25,951 nucleotides of DNA, taken from Candidatus Undinarchaeales archaeon (lineage in GTDB: Archaea; SpSt-1190; JASMDC01). The notes under the pieces are model-generated. The model ran no database searches and had not been told where the DNA came from. It saw nothing but the letters and a program-made list of their open reading frames with translations. This document shows positions 7,663-16,927 of this stretch, piece by piece (the stretch's first letter is position 1; each line of letters begins with the position of its first letter). The DNA lies in contig JASMDC010000038.1 in assembly GCA_030753015.1 (NCBI GenBank), forward strand, positions 1 to 25,951, read 5' to 3'. Both the position numbers and the translations under genes were made by a program.

Positions 7663-8364
7663 ATGATGATGGAAATCGACCTTGACTCTTATGGTCTTGA
7701 TGATGGTGCGTCGGCCCATACCGCCGACATGTACTCCTCGAGCGATGATCTGGACATGCGCGACCACGCTACGGCTCTCGTAACGATCGGGGCCGGTATA
7801 GCTGCGCTCACCCTGGGCGCGGCGGCCGTGCAATATGGTACGAGGTATGCCGAGCACAAGGGTGCCTATGACGAGCACCCTGACGGTATCGAGGCCACCA
7901 AGTGGGGGAAGATAGAGGAAGATCTGTCCGATGCCCAGCGCGATCTGAAGGACTATGACTATACCACGACGACCTATATACCCATGCGCTCGGGCGACGT
8001 CACCATCATGATGCCCATCACCCATTACCACCACCACGCCCCTGATCCCGCTTCCGCCGGTGGCCACATCGCTGCAGCAGAAGGGTATCTGGCGCAGGTG
8101 AAGGACGGGTCCGATGCCGTGACCGGCGCGCTCGATATGGCTCGCGATGGGATCGCTGCGGGCGAGTACAACGGCGCCATGGACATCCTCGGTAGCATGG
8201 CCAGGAGCGCGGGTGGCCAGGAGGCCTCGTACATCGACCAGACCCAGCCCATCTATGACGAGATGCAGAGTGCTCTCACCGGGACCGTGCTCACCGGCAT
8301 CGGCGCGGGTGCCGCGGGCATCACTGCCGGGATCGCGGCCAAGAAGTGGCACGATGAGCAGTAG
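7663..8364 (+). CDS. Orphan membrane protein with acidic N-tail, two Gly/Ala-rich hydrophobic segments and a His cluster
   Basis: ALVTIGAGIAALTLGAAAV and VLTGIGAGAAGITAGIAA; internal THYHHH; TATA aagtatata near 7606-7614. Confidence 0.7.
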   Translation: MMMEIDLDSYGLDDGASAHTADMYSSSDDLDMRDHATALVTIGAGIAALTLGAAAVQYGTRYAEHKGAYDEHPDGIEATKWGKIEEDLSDAQRDLKDYDYTTTTYIPMRSGDVTIMMPITHYHHHAPDPASAGGHIAAAEGYLAQVKDGSDAVTGALDMARDGIAAGEYNGAMDILGSMARSAGGQEASYIDQTQPIYDEMQSALTGTVLTGIGAGAAGITAGIAAKKWHDEQ

Positions 8365-8434
8365 GTCCCGTTGACGTCCCGGGCGCGTGCTCGCAGGACT
8401 AAGCAATAAAAGGCTTGACATCCATCCCGCGAAC

Positions 8435-8965
8435 GTGGGAACCCAACGCCCCTCCGTCACGGTGCTGCGTCTTAATCACCGGCGAGGACGCGATGCACGG
8501 ATAACGAGCCACTGCGGGCTCGTGGCACGTGCAATGGGCGCCACGGACATCGCCATCGCCGGCGAGAAGGACGAGAACGCCCTGGAGAGCATCAATGATG
8601 TCGTCGAACGGTGGGGCGGTGACTTTACGGCACGGCACGAGTCGAGCCCCCTCAAGCTCATGAAGGACTGGGAGGGCAAGGTAGTCCACCTGACGATGTA
8701 CGGGCTCCCCGCACAGGACGTCGCCCCGGCACTGACGGGCACGGACGAGCCCCTCCTCCTGGTGATAGGCGGTTCGAAGGTCCGCAGGGAAGTGTACGAC
8801 ATCGCGGACCACAACGTCGCCGTGACCGGTCAGCCGCACTCGGAGGTGGCCGCCCTGGCGATCTTCCTTCATCTCCTCTACGGTGAGGGGGCCCTATCAC
8901 TGGAGTTCCCGGGCCCGATGAGGATAGTGCCCACCGAGCATGGGAAGGTGATCATAGATGACTGA
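8435..8965 (+). CDS. trm56: tRNA (cytidine(56)-2'-O)-methyltransferase, SPOUT family
   Basis: LRLNHR..RD.RITSH..LVARA.GA, VHLTMYG, NVAVTGQPHSEVAALA. Start uncertain (in-frame GTG 8435). Confidence 0.93.
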   Translation: MGTQRPSVTVLRLNHRRGRDARITSHCGLVARAMGATDIAIAGEKDENALESINDVVERWGGDFTARHESSPLKLMKDWEGKVVHLTMYGLPAQDVAPALTGTDEPLLLVIGGSKVRREVYDIADHNVAVTGQPHSEVAALAIFLHLLYGEGALSLEFPGPMRIVPTEHGKVIIDD

Positions 8966-9602
8966 GAACGGACAGGACCGGGACGAAGAGGCCCGACAGG
9001 ACGGGGCGGAGGCCCCGAAGCCAGAGGCGCAGGACGCGCCACAGGAGCGGATATTCCATCCCCGGGAGGAGATAGAGCTGTTCTCCTACCTGCTCCGCCC
9101 CACTTCGAAGCTCGGGCTCATGGCCCGGCACTGGATACTCGCTCCGGTTATGGGCGGCGGGTGCATCAACCTACTCTGCCGCGGACCGGCGGTCACCGAA
9201 GAGGTACGTGCGTTCCTCTACGACATGAACGATCGCATCCCGTTCGCCCACCTCTACTTCTCCAACACCATATCCCGCTTCTCCCTTGAAATGGTGCTCA
9301 AGCAGCGCCATACGGCGATCATCGACAGGTTCGAGCACGCGTCCATCGGTAACGTGGACGACATCATCCAGGCACGGCGCGCGGGGCCGGTGGAAGCGGG
9401 CGTGATCTGCATCACCGAAGTGGACGAGGCCTTCTCCACCGAAGACATCTACGATGACAACCGGTTCAGCGAGATGGCCGTCTCGGGGTTCCTGCTCTTC
9501 GTCATCGAGGAGTCCCTCCTCACCGGGCTGGAGGAGCCAATCATCACCGAAGAGGGCGATAAGGTGTTCAACCACTTCCTGCGTCGGTTCGGAAACCGGT
9601 AG
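8958..9602 (+). CDS. Hypothetical protein, possibly a degenerate MCM-like AAA+ domain
   Basis: Start overlaps the trm56 stop. VMGGGCINLLCRG...IP...AIIDRFE...GVICIT...SGFLLFVIEE aligns by eye with the MCM core, but no Walker A Lys. Confidence 0.6.
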   Translation: MTENGQDRDEEARQDGAEAPKPEAQDAPQERIFHPREEIELFSYLLRPTSKLGLMARHWILAPVMGGGCINLLCRGPAVTEEVRAFLYDMNDRIPFAHLYFSNTISRFSLEMVLKQRHTAIIDRFEHASIGNVDDIIQARRAGPVEAGVICITEVDEAFSTEDIYDDNRFSEMAVSGFLLFVIEESLLTGLEEPIITEEGDKVFNHFLRRFGNR

Positions 9603-9610
9603 TAACCGAT

Positions 9611-11332
9611 ATGGAAGGTACCGTCGCACGGATGCTTACCAGGGGCGTCCTGGCACGGACCGTACTATTCAGCGCTGTCGCCATCATGTTCCTGGCACCC
9701 CTGTTCCAGGACTTCCACCGATTGGGGATCCATGACTGGGACCAGCACGAGTTCTATCATGCCGTACCACGTGAGACCGTCCTACGCTACTGGCAGTTCC
9801 CCCTCTGGAATCCCTACCAGTGCGGTGGGAACGTGATGCTCGCCAATCCACAATCGACCTTCCTCTCGCCATCGTTCCTGCTGGTGCTCCTGTTCGGTGT
9901 GATCCCCGGACTGAAGCTGAGCGTCCTTGTCCATGTCGTTATCGGGATGTACGGCATGTACCGGGTGGGGGCGACCCTCGGGCTGCCGAGGACCGGCCGC
10001 ATCGCAGCCGCGTTCGTCTTCATGCTCAACGGCGCGTTCGCTTCCCATGCGGCCCTGGGGCACACGACCTTCCTCCCCATCGCGTTCATCCCATGGGTGT
10101 TCGATGCCTATCTGCGGTCGTTCGACGACCTACGGTACGTGGTGCCCGCTGCCGTGTTTAGCGCGATCATGGTGTTCGGTGGAGGTGTATACCCGTTCGT
10201 CTTCACCATGCTGTTCATCGTGGTCCACGCCGTGCTGAAGGCAGTCCAGCTCCGTTCGACGACACCACTACAAGCCACGCTCGCCGTCCTCGTGCTCACC
10301 TTTCTCGTGGCCTCGGTCAAGCTCGTCCCGCTCATCGAGCTCCAGCTCGAGCGCTCCCTCGAGCGACGGGTGGATCCCGGCTACACCATGGCCCTTCTTG
10401 CGCTGGCCTTCGTCGAGGACGAGCTGAACACCAGCGACCTCCCATATGGCATCTCGCCCGACCAGGTCTACTTCTGGCACGAGTATTACGCGTACATCGG
10501 GTTGATCGGGCTGTCCGCCTCTCTCCTCGGAGCCGTGGTGTCACTTGGCGACCGGTGGCCGCTCGTGGTCGCGTGCATGGTCATCATCATGCTCTCGTTC
10601 GGCACCAACGCCTTTATCGATATCTGGCGCCCTGCGCACGCCCTACCGGTGGTCCGCTCCCTCAGGGTTCCGAGCAGGCTCAACATGGTGTTCCTCTTCT
10701 GCTTCGCGGTCTTTGCGGGCCGAGCGTTCTCGTCGCTCAAGCGGTGGGGCGTCCCGTCGTCGGTCGTCTCTGTACTGGTGTTCGCCCTCCTCGCTGATAT
10801 GATCTATGTCAACGGTGACCTGTTCTACATTTCTTTCACGAGGACGCTGCCGCCCGTCGGCCCTGCACGATCCTTCCATCAGGTCCGAGTACCCGGAGAG
10901 GACCGCTTCAAGGTGCAGTACCCGATCTTCCTCCTGAACCTGGGACTGGTCAATTGCTACGAGCAGGCCAAGCCGCCGATCCGTGCACGTGCCGTGAGCG
11001 ACAAGGGATACCGCGGCGAGGTGTACTATCTATCGTCCCCTGGAACTCCCGAGCTCCTCAGCTTCTCGCCGAACCGGCTCGTCATCGGCGTCGATGTTAC
11101 CTCGCCCGACACCCTTATCGTCAACCAGAACCATGATCCCGGGTGGAAGGGGACCGACCACCAAGTACGCGCCGAAGACGGGCTGATCGCGGTCGATATC
11201 GAGCCGGGCGATACGGAAGTGATCTTGTACTACCGCCCGACGTCGTTCCTGCTGGGCTCGTTGCTCACCGTCATCGGCCTCGGTCTCGGCGGATTCTTCT
11301 TTACCCGTGGACCCAGGACCGCCGGACCGTGA
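9611..11332 (+). CDS. Multi-pass YfhO-like / GT-C-type membrane glycosyltransferase
   Basis: DWD...PLWNPY.CGG....ANPQ, many TM segments, R.PSR motif, C-terminal SPN.L.....NQN.DPGW domain and a final TM. Confidence 0.75.
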   Translation: MEGTVARMLTRGVLARTVLFSAVAIMFLAPLFQDFHRLGIHDWDQHEFYHAVPRETVLRYWQFPLWNPYQCGGNVMLANPQSTFLSPSFLLVLLFGVIPGLKLSVLVHVVIGMYGMYRVGATLGLPRTGRIAAAFVFMLNGAFASHAALGHTTFLPIAFIPWVFDAYLRSFDDLRYVVPAAVFSAIMVFGGGVYPFVFTMLFIVVHAVLKAVQLRSTTPLQATLAVLVLTFLVASVKLVPLIELQLERSLERRVDPGYTMALLALAFVEDELNTSDLPYGISPDQVYFWHEYYAYIGLIGLSASLLGAVVSLGDRWPLVVACMVIIMLSFGTNAFIDIWRPAHALPVVRSLRVPSRLNMVFLFCFAVFAGRAFSSLKRWGVPSSVVSVLVFALLADMIYVNGDLFYISFTRTLPPVGPARSFHQVRVPGEDRFKVQYPIFLLNLGLVNCYEQAKPPIRARAVSDKGYRGEVYYLSSPGTPELLSFSPNRLVIGVDVTSPDTLIVNQNHDPGWKGTDHQVRAEDGLIAVDIEPGDTEVILYYRPTSFLLGSLLTVIGLGLGGFFFTRGPRTAGP

Positions 11333-11395
11333 TGGCGTCTGCGGAGCACGTAATTTTATATTACACTGCCTTTGATTAGCCGGGAGTGTGATAGT

Positions 11396-12862
11396 ATGAG
11401 AGAACACAATTCGATCACTTTGTTCGTCATCGTCCTGGTACTCGCCGTCGTGCTGTCCCCTATGACAACGGCGGACGCGATGCGGGACATGACCATCGAG
11501 ACCGCAATGGGGATGATACCTGAAGAACAAAAGGGCCTCATCACCGCAGAGGAGATTGGCGAGCTCTACGACCAGGGACTCACCAGCCCTGCCTCGCTCG
11601 GAGCTGCCATCCAGACCATCCTCTCACAGAAGCAGGCCGCTGCCGAAGCACCCAAGGAGGTCCCGTCGGTCGAGCCTGTGGACGTACCAGTTGAAGATGT
11701 GCCGTCCGTGGAACCCGTGGGCTCCGGCGAGCTCCCCGAGTACGCGGTAACAGGCATCCCCAAGACCATCCCTGCAGAGCTCATCGAAGCGGGTGCGGAG
11801 GCGGAGTTCATCGACATCCTGTGCCAATACGCTCGCGTAAACACGAAGCCTTTCATCGATACCGCCGATTTCGCCATCGTAAAGTACGTGGAGGCTGCGA
11901 AGCGCTATCCCTTTATCAAGAGCCTGGACATAGCCCCTCTCGCGGCCAAACGCGGGAAGGTGCTGGACAAGATCGATGTCGTGTGCTCGTCCGATGCTGC
12001 CAACTACTACGAGAACACCCAGAGCCTCGTTGGTGAGCTGAGCGGACCTGATGCACTCGGTCCGCAGCTACAGGGGGCCATCACGGCCGTTACCAACGAT
12101 ATATTCTCGTACGTCATGGGTGGCGGGTCCGTGTCCACCAAAGAACTGGAAGCATACTTCAGGGAGTTCGAGAGCGAGATCCGTTCCGTCTCCACGATGC
12201 CTGACGAAGAGGGATTGAAGGAGCTCAACCGTCTGTACGGTGAGATCACCGTCAAGGTCCTTGCCTACAGTGAGAAGAAGGTGAAGGCGAACAAGAACAT
12301 CCTCGTAGAAGAAGGGATCGATACCACCGAGTTCGACTCGGGTCTGACCTTCATATCCTCGAAGGCCTCCGAGGCCGCAGCTTTCTTCGCAACGAACCCC
12401 ACCGAGGAGGCGCGTCGTGAGTTCATCGGCGCCATGCTCAAGGAAAAGGTCAGCGTGGAGAGCAGGATCGCCTCGGACCTGGGTGCACAGGTCATCCGCC
12501 TCTCGCTCTCCCGGTCCAAGAGGTTGAGTGCTGCCGCCGACAAGAAATTCGGTGCATCTGATCCCAAGGGGCCTGTCGACAAGGACGTGGAAGACCTCCG
12601 TACAGAGCACAATGCTCTGGTCGTGCTCCGCAATTCCATCATCCAGGACATCGTGGACACCGTGGCCGAGCATTACCCTGAGTACAAGGACCGTGTCCTT
12701 GAGGACGAGGCCGAGATCGAGGCCGTGCTCACCCGGTTCCAGGAGCTGGGTGCCGAGGGTAAGATCGTCATAAGGGGTTCAGCGCCAGTTGCCAAGCTCA
12801 AGCAGTTGCGTGCGAGCTGCAAATCAATGCGAGGGAACCTCAAGGCCAAGGGGGTGAAGTGA
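11396..12862 (+). CDS. Secreted, largely helical hypothetical protein
   Basis: Signal peptide MREHNSITLFVIVLVLAVVLSPMTTADA; VPSVEPV twice in a linker; TATA at 11354-11361; GGGAG SD-like. Confidence 0.75.
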   Translation: MREHNSITLFVIVLVLAVVLSPMTTADAMRDMTIETAMGMIPEEQKGLITAEEIGELYDQGLTSPASLGAAIQTILSQKQAAAEAPKEVPSVEPVDVPVEDVPSVEPVGSGELPEYAVTGIPKTIPAELIEAGAEAEFIDILCQYARVNTKPFIDTADFAIVKYVEAAKRYPFIKSLDIAPLAAKRGKVLDKIDVVCSSDAANYYENTQSLVGELSGPDALGPQLQGAITAVTNDIFSYVMGGGSVSTKELEAYFREFESEIRSVSTMPDEEGLKELNRLYGEITVKVLAYSEKKVKANKNILVEEGIDTTEFDSGLTFISSKASEAAAFFATNPTEEARREFIGAMLKEKVSVESRIASDLGAQVIRLSLSRSKRLSAAADKKFGASDPKGPVDKDVEDLRTEHNALVVLRNSIIQDIVDTVAEHYPEYKDRVLEDEAEIEAVLTRFQELGAEGKIVIRGSAPVAKLKQLRASCKSMRGNLKAKGVK

Positions 12863-13152
12863 TGATGAAACATGTTATCGCCTGCATCCTCATGCTGTGC
12901 CTTATGGCGGGCTGCTCGTCCGGTCCTGCGGACGATGGAACCCCGCCCGAAGGCAGCGCAACCGCAACACCCACGGTCGAAGCTGGTACCGGTGAGACGG
13001 CGCCAACCGCCACACCTGATTTGATAGCTGCCGAATCTGTCGACGATATCGAGCTCCCGCCGGACTCTGACGTCGTGGATGCGGCCTCCGATCTCGGGAT
13101 GGACTCCCTCGACATGGAGAACCCGTTCCCGGCAGAAGTGGATATCTCCTAG
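12859..13152 (+). CDS. Small acidic Pro/Thr-rich lipoprotein
   Basis: MMMKHVIACILMLCLMAG-C lipobox; GTGA/TGATG coupling with the upstream stop. Confidence 0.75.
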   Translation: MMMKHVIACILMLCLMAGCSSGPADDGTPPEGSATATPTVEAGTGETAPTATPDLIAAESVDDIELPPDSDVVDAASDLGMDSLDMENPFPAEVDIS

Positions 13153-13185
13153 TGGTCGGAACCGGTAAAAGGTCCTATCGGACTA

Positions 13186-13626
13186 TCAGAAGGAGAAGCA
13201 GCCGTCCTCGTACTGTTGGGCCTCACCTGATAGCTCCATTACCCGGAGAAGGGTCTCCATATTGGTCATGCCGCGTCCTGCATAGGGATTGTCGTTCGCG
13301 ACCTGGTCGAGGGAGACGTATCCGTCGTTGAACTGGTCAGGTAGGACGCCCATGTCCACCATGGCATCGATGTAGGTGCTCCTCGGTGAAGCGCGAATCG
13401 GGCCTTGTGCATGACTGGTATCGGTAGAATATGATGCCTCGCCCTTGTCAGGCTCGCTCGAGACGGTACTATAATCGAGAGCGTTCGCCAGATCACTGTA
13501 CGATGAACCGGTCTCTTGGTGTTCGACGACGTCCCTGTCCTCGGTGCCATGATAATAGGAGCTGCAGTCACCGGTCTCATTGACCCCGGTACCGGTCGGC
13601 TCGATCGTAGTGGCGAACTGGAACAT
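13186..13626 (-). CDS. Orphan acidic protein
   Basis: 146-aa ORF; GTGA SD-like upstream; own TATA promoter. Confidence 0.6.
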   Translation of the reverse strand: MFQFATTIEPTGTGVNETGDCSSYYHGTEDRDVVEHQETGSSYSDLANALDYSTVSSEPDKGEASYSTDTSHAQGPIRASPRSTYIDAMVDMGVLPDQFNDGYVSLDQVANDNPYAGRGMTNMETLLRVMELSGEAQQYEDGCFSF

Positions 13627-13662
13627 GGTTTATCACTTAGTTAATTGGTCACTTTCGGAAAC

Positions 13663-13701
13663 TGTTACTACTATATAGTGGTGATAGTTTATATACTTTT
13701 C
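13663..13701 (-). promoter_or_regulatory. BRE-TATA promoter with palindrome, copy 1
   Basis: Minus strand gaaaagtatataaac...; near-palindrome ACTACTATATAGTGGT at 13667-13682; 32/39 identical to 14632-14670. Confidence 0.75.
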
Positions 13702-13747
13702 TATTGTCCACTCTTTAACGGGTTAAGCCTATTGAAAAAGGCAGTGT

Positions 13748-14632
13748 TCAGGAAGGGGTACCGTCCATCTCTATATGATCGATCTCGTCATCACCTGTGA
13801 ACAGGCCCTTGACGTAGGATGAGCTATTCTTGATGAAGCTCCCCTTCTTCTCTGCCTTGACACCGTTGTATATTGCATCAGCGGCGAAAATGAGGTTGAG
13901 CGGGAACGGGCTTACGAACGCGAGGGAAGTAGAGATACCGGTATGGGTCGCGTTGAGCGTACCGTCCTTATCCCTCTTACCGAGCCATTCGCGGGTTTTG
14001 TTGGCACCCTTCCGCAAGTACTTGTTGAAGCCTTTGGCCTCGGGCTCTTCAGGATTACCGTGAGCATTGTAATGACGGGCGGTGAGGTTGGCACCGAGCT
14101 GTGCGAGGTAGATGGGGGTGTAGACCGGATGACAGGCCTTGAATCCTTTTACCAGCTCCATCGAGGCCCAGAAGCCTGGTGAGAGGTTGTCATAGACATC
14201 AGTCGAATGTTTATTGAGCTTCTCCAAGTAGGTTTCGTAGTCCTCTTTACCATAGCGATGACCGAAATCCTCGAGGAGCTCGAACAGTTCCTTGCCTTCC
14301 TCATTCTCCTTTGTGGCATACCCGCTGAAATGGTCACCGGACATGAACCCTGATATACCCTGGCGCTTCCCGTAGATCTCGTGGTCCGCGGAGGTATAGA
14401 GCTTACCGCCGCGGGATGGTTTGAACGACCGCTTCTCATCCGATTTGAGATTATCAGCAAGAATGGTGGCCTCGGCAGGATCGAGGTACATGAAGCTCTT
14501 GTCACCTGACGCGAGCTCGAGGTAGTGCCGGCCGTCCTCCTTGACCTCTCGAAGGTCGAGACTGTCGAAGTTGTGGCCGTAGGAAATTCCCTTATGTCCG
14601 GGCTCCAAACTGTAGGAGTCAAGGATTTCCAT
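13748..14632 (-). CDS. Orphan protein with C-terminal hydrophobic segment
   Basis: 294-aa ORF with a leaderless start directly behind the shared promoter. Confidence 0.7.
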   Translation of the reverse strand: MEILDSYSLEPGHKGISYGHNFDSLDLREVKEDGRHYLELASGDKSFMYLDPAEATILADNLKSDEKRSFKPSRGGKLYTSADHEIYGKRQGISGFMSGDHFSGYATKENEEGKELFELLEDFGHRYGKEDYETYLEKLNKHSTDVYDNLSPGFWASMELVKGFKACHPVYTPIYLAQLGANLTARHYNAHGNPEEPEAKGFNKYLRKGANKTREWLGKRDKDGTLNATHTGISTSLAFVSPFPLNLIFAADAIYNGVKAEKKGSFIKNSSSYVKGLFTGDDEIDHIEMDGTPS

Positions 14633-14670
14633 GTTACTACTATATAGTAGTTATACTATAAAAACCTTTC
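14632..14670 (-). promoter_or_regulatory. BRE-TATA promoter with perfect 16-bp palindrome, copy 2
   Basis: ACTACTATATAGTAGT at 14636-14651, between the TATA (tttttata on minus) and the ATG. Confidence 0.75.
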
Positions 14671-14809
14671 CCTTTTCGTATAGGTGGACATCGAACAGAT
14701 ATCGATAAGGAACGATTACTTTTCTGTAGAGTCCGGATATTTTTTCGCTCGAGCTTTCCCATAAACTTTTTAATCAGGCGGACCCGCGCGACGTCACCTG
14801 GGGACAGAC

Positions 14810-15616
14810 ATGATGGAGGACCTCTCACTCGGAGAAGAGATCGCTCAGCTTCGAGAACAAGGATACGACGTTTTCGACCTGCACGGTCATTCGAGGTACT
14901 CCGATGGTGACCGGACCCCAGAGCAGATGGTCAGGTACGCACACGATCTGGGGCTCTCGGGTATCGCGATAACGGACCATGATGGCATAAAAGGGTACGA
15001 ACGAGCTCGTGCGGAGGCCGAGAAGTATAATGACGGCTTCATAGTCGTGCCCGGTGAAGAGGTCTCGTCAGAAAAAGGGCACATACTCGCATACGGAGTG
15101 TCCCAGAAGGTGCTCGGTGGGCTATCACTGGAGGAGACGACCTCTCTCATACATGAGCAAGGTGGCGTCGCTGTAGCGGCACATCCCTATTCAACGCTCG
15201 GGACGGGGGACCCCTTATCGTTCGAAGAGTTGTCTGACCGTCAGTTCTCGCTCCTGGACGGCGTTGAGACGTACAACGGTTCGGTGCTTTGGCCTAAGGA
15301 CGCTAACGAGAAAGCAGAGAAGCTCGCCGAAACGTACGGGCTGGCAAAGATCGGTGGCTCGGACGCGCACACACGATGGGCCCAGGGGCTCGGGCTCACC
15401 ATTACGGAAGATGTCAACGATGTCGAGGGATTGCTAGAAGCAATTAGGGAAGGACGGACGGACTCTGTAAAAGCTGCGGTGAACGATCGGACATCGATTA
15501 AGGTACGCAAGTACGCAGAATACTTCATCGGTGGTATCCCGAGAGGGATCCGATACCTATGGACAGCGTTCAGGGAACGGTTCATTGATCCTGAAGAGAA
15601 CGAAGAACACCCCTAA
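14810..15616 (+). CDS. PHP-family metal-dependent phosphoesterase
   Basis: DLHGHSRYSDG, ITDHD, GEEVSS..GH, AAHP, GGSDAH. Confidence 0.92.
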   Translation: MMEDLSLGEEIAQLREQGYDVFDLHGHSRYSDGDRTPEQMVRYAHDLGLSGIAITDHDGIKGYERARAEAEKYNDGFIVVPGEEVSSEKGHILAYGVSQKVLGGLSLEETTSLIHEQGGVAVAAHPYSTLGTGDPLSFEELSDRQFSLLDGVETYNGSVLWPKDANEKAEKLAETYGLAKIGGSDAHTRWAQGLGLTITEDVNDVEGLLEAIREGRTDSVKAAVNDRTSIKVRKYAEYFIGGIPRGIRYLWTAFRERFIDPEENEEHP

Positions 15617-15683
15617 GGATAGGCTAATGATTTCCGGTTCTTTATGGAAACTGAAATAAAGGGTTACCTTCAAGAAATCGCCA

Positions 15684-16541
15684 ATGGCCGCAGTTAAGAA
15701 GCGAGATCCTATTAACGAGTACGAGGCGGGGCTCATAAGATTAGGTGATATGGCCCGTTACCTCCTGATCGGATACTTCGGTGGAGTGGCTGGAGTGGTG
15801 CTAGCCAGTGTCTTCGAAGAAACGTTCGGGATGGCGGTGTTCGGTGGAGTGCTCGGGCTCGCGATAGGGCTCCCATCGGGACACAGGACCACCGTCGCAC
15901 GGAACATCATAGCCGGATTCGTGGGCATGCCGCTCGGGCTTCAGCTCGGGTGGTTCGTTGGTGGGAACTTCCCTGAGCCGTTCGGAGCGCTCGCAGCGGT
16001 CGTCATGTGGGGTGGCATCGTAGGACTTGCGTTCGGTCTGGCCCCTCCTTATTCAAGGGGACGTGTAAGGTCGACCCTGGCGGGAGCTGCTGGGATGCCG
16101 TTCTCGTTGATCGTGGTGATAGGATTGAGCATCATGATTGGTGGCGCACCGAACGCGGACCTCGCGTTCTCAGGAGGGTTCTCGTACATCTTCGCGGCCT
16201 GGGGTGGCTTCGTAGGTCTTTTCCTAGCTACAGCCTCGTTCCTCAACGACCGGGAGATCGAAGTAGCACGGCTCAAGTGGGATTCACGTAAGGAAACGGA
16301 GAAGAAGGCGTCCGAGATCAAGGAGAAGCCCGCTATCAGGAAAAAAGAGGCCCCTGAGCCCAAGGGCAAGAAGAAGGAATCCTTATCCCGTGACGAAGGG
16401 CCCAGCTCCGAGGACAAGGTCGAGAAGGCCGGTGGAACGAAGAAAGCGCCAAAGGACGAGGGAAAGAAGAGGAGCCGTAAGAGGCCAGAGAAGAAACGTG
16501 CGAAGAAGGGCTCCAAGGGGCGTAGTAAGAAAGGCAGCTGA
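15684..16541 (+). CDS. Gly-rich multi-TM membrane protein with long Lys/Glu-rich tail
   Basis: About six GxxxG-rich helices followed by a tail ending KKRSRKRPEKKRAKKGSKGRSKKGS. Confidence 0.75.
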   Translation: MAAVKKRDPINEYEAGLIRLGDMARYLLIGYFGGVAGVVLASVFEETFGMAVFGGVLGLAIGLPSGHRTTVARNIIAGFVGMPLGLQLGWFVGGNFPEPFGALAAVVMWGGIVGLAFGLAPPYSRGRVRSTLAGAAGMPFSLIVVIGLSIMIGGAPNADLAFSGGFSYIFAAWGGFVGLFLATASFLNDREIEVARLKWDSRKETEKKASEIKEKPAIRKKEAPEPKGKKKESLSRDEGPSSEDKVEKAGGTKKAPKDEGKKRSRKRPEKKRAKKGSKGRSKKGS

Positions 16542-16570
16542 GCGCTGCTGAAAGATGAATTGTCCTAGAC

Positions 16571-16738
16571 TTACTCATCCGAGTTCATGTTGAGCGGAGA
16601 CTCATCGTTCTCGAATTCCTTGTCGTTCGAATCCTTGACATTCCCATCACCGAGGTAATGGTTGATCTTCTTCTTCTCCTTCCAGATAGTCTTATGGGTC
16701 TCCAGGTCCGTGAACATCTCGGAGCTTTGTGAGTTCAT
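16571..16738 (-). CDS. Small 55-aa hydrophilic protein (below ORF-track cutoff)
   Basis: MNSQSSEMFTDLETHKTIWKEKKKINHYLGDGNVKDSNDKEFENDESPLNMNSDE; GGGGA SD-like; cttatatag TATA about 35 nt upstream. Confidence 0.6.
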   Translation of the reverse strand: MNSQSSEMFTDLETHKTIWKEKKKINHYLGDGNVKDSNDKEFENDESPLNMNSDE

Positions 16739-16927
16739 TCAGGTCCCCTAAAATTAACTGTATGTTCTAATCTATATAAGACTTTAGCATGGTTTATAAG
16801 ATATTCGTCGAATTAAACAAGGATTGTTAAGTTCTAGCCCATCGGTAGCATAAAGAATACCGATTTCCGAAATGGACAGAGAATTGCCCTAGATTCGTTG
16901 AACAGGGGCGAACGCTCCGGACTCTTC

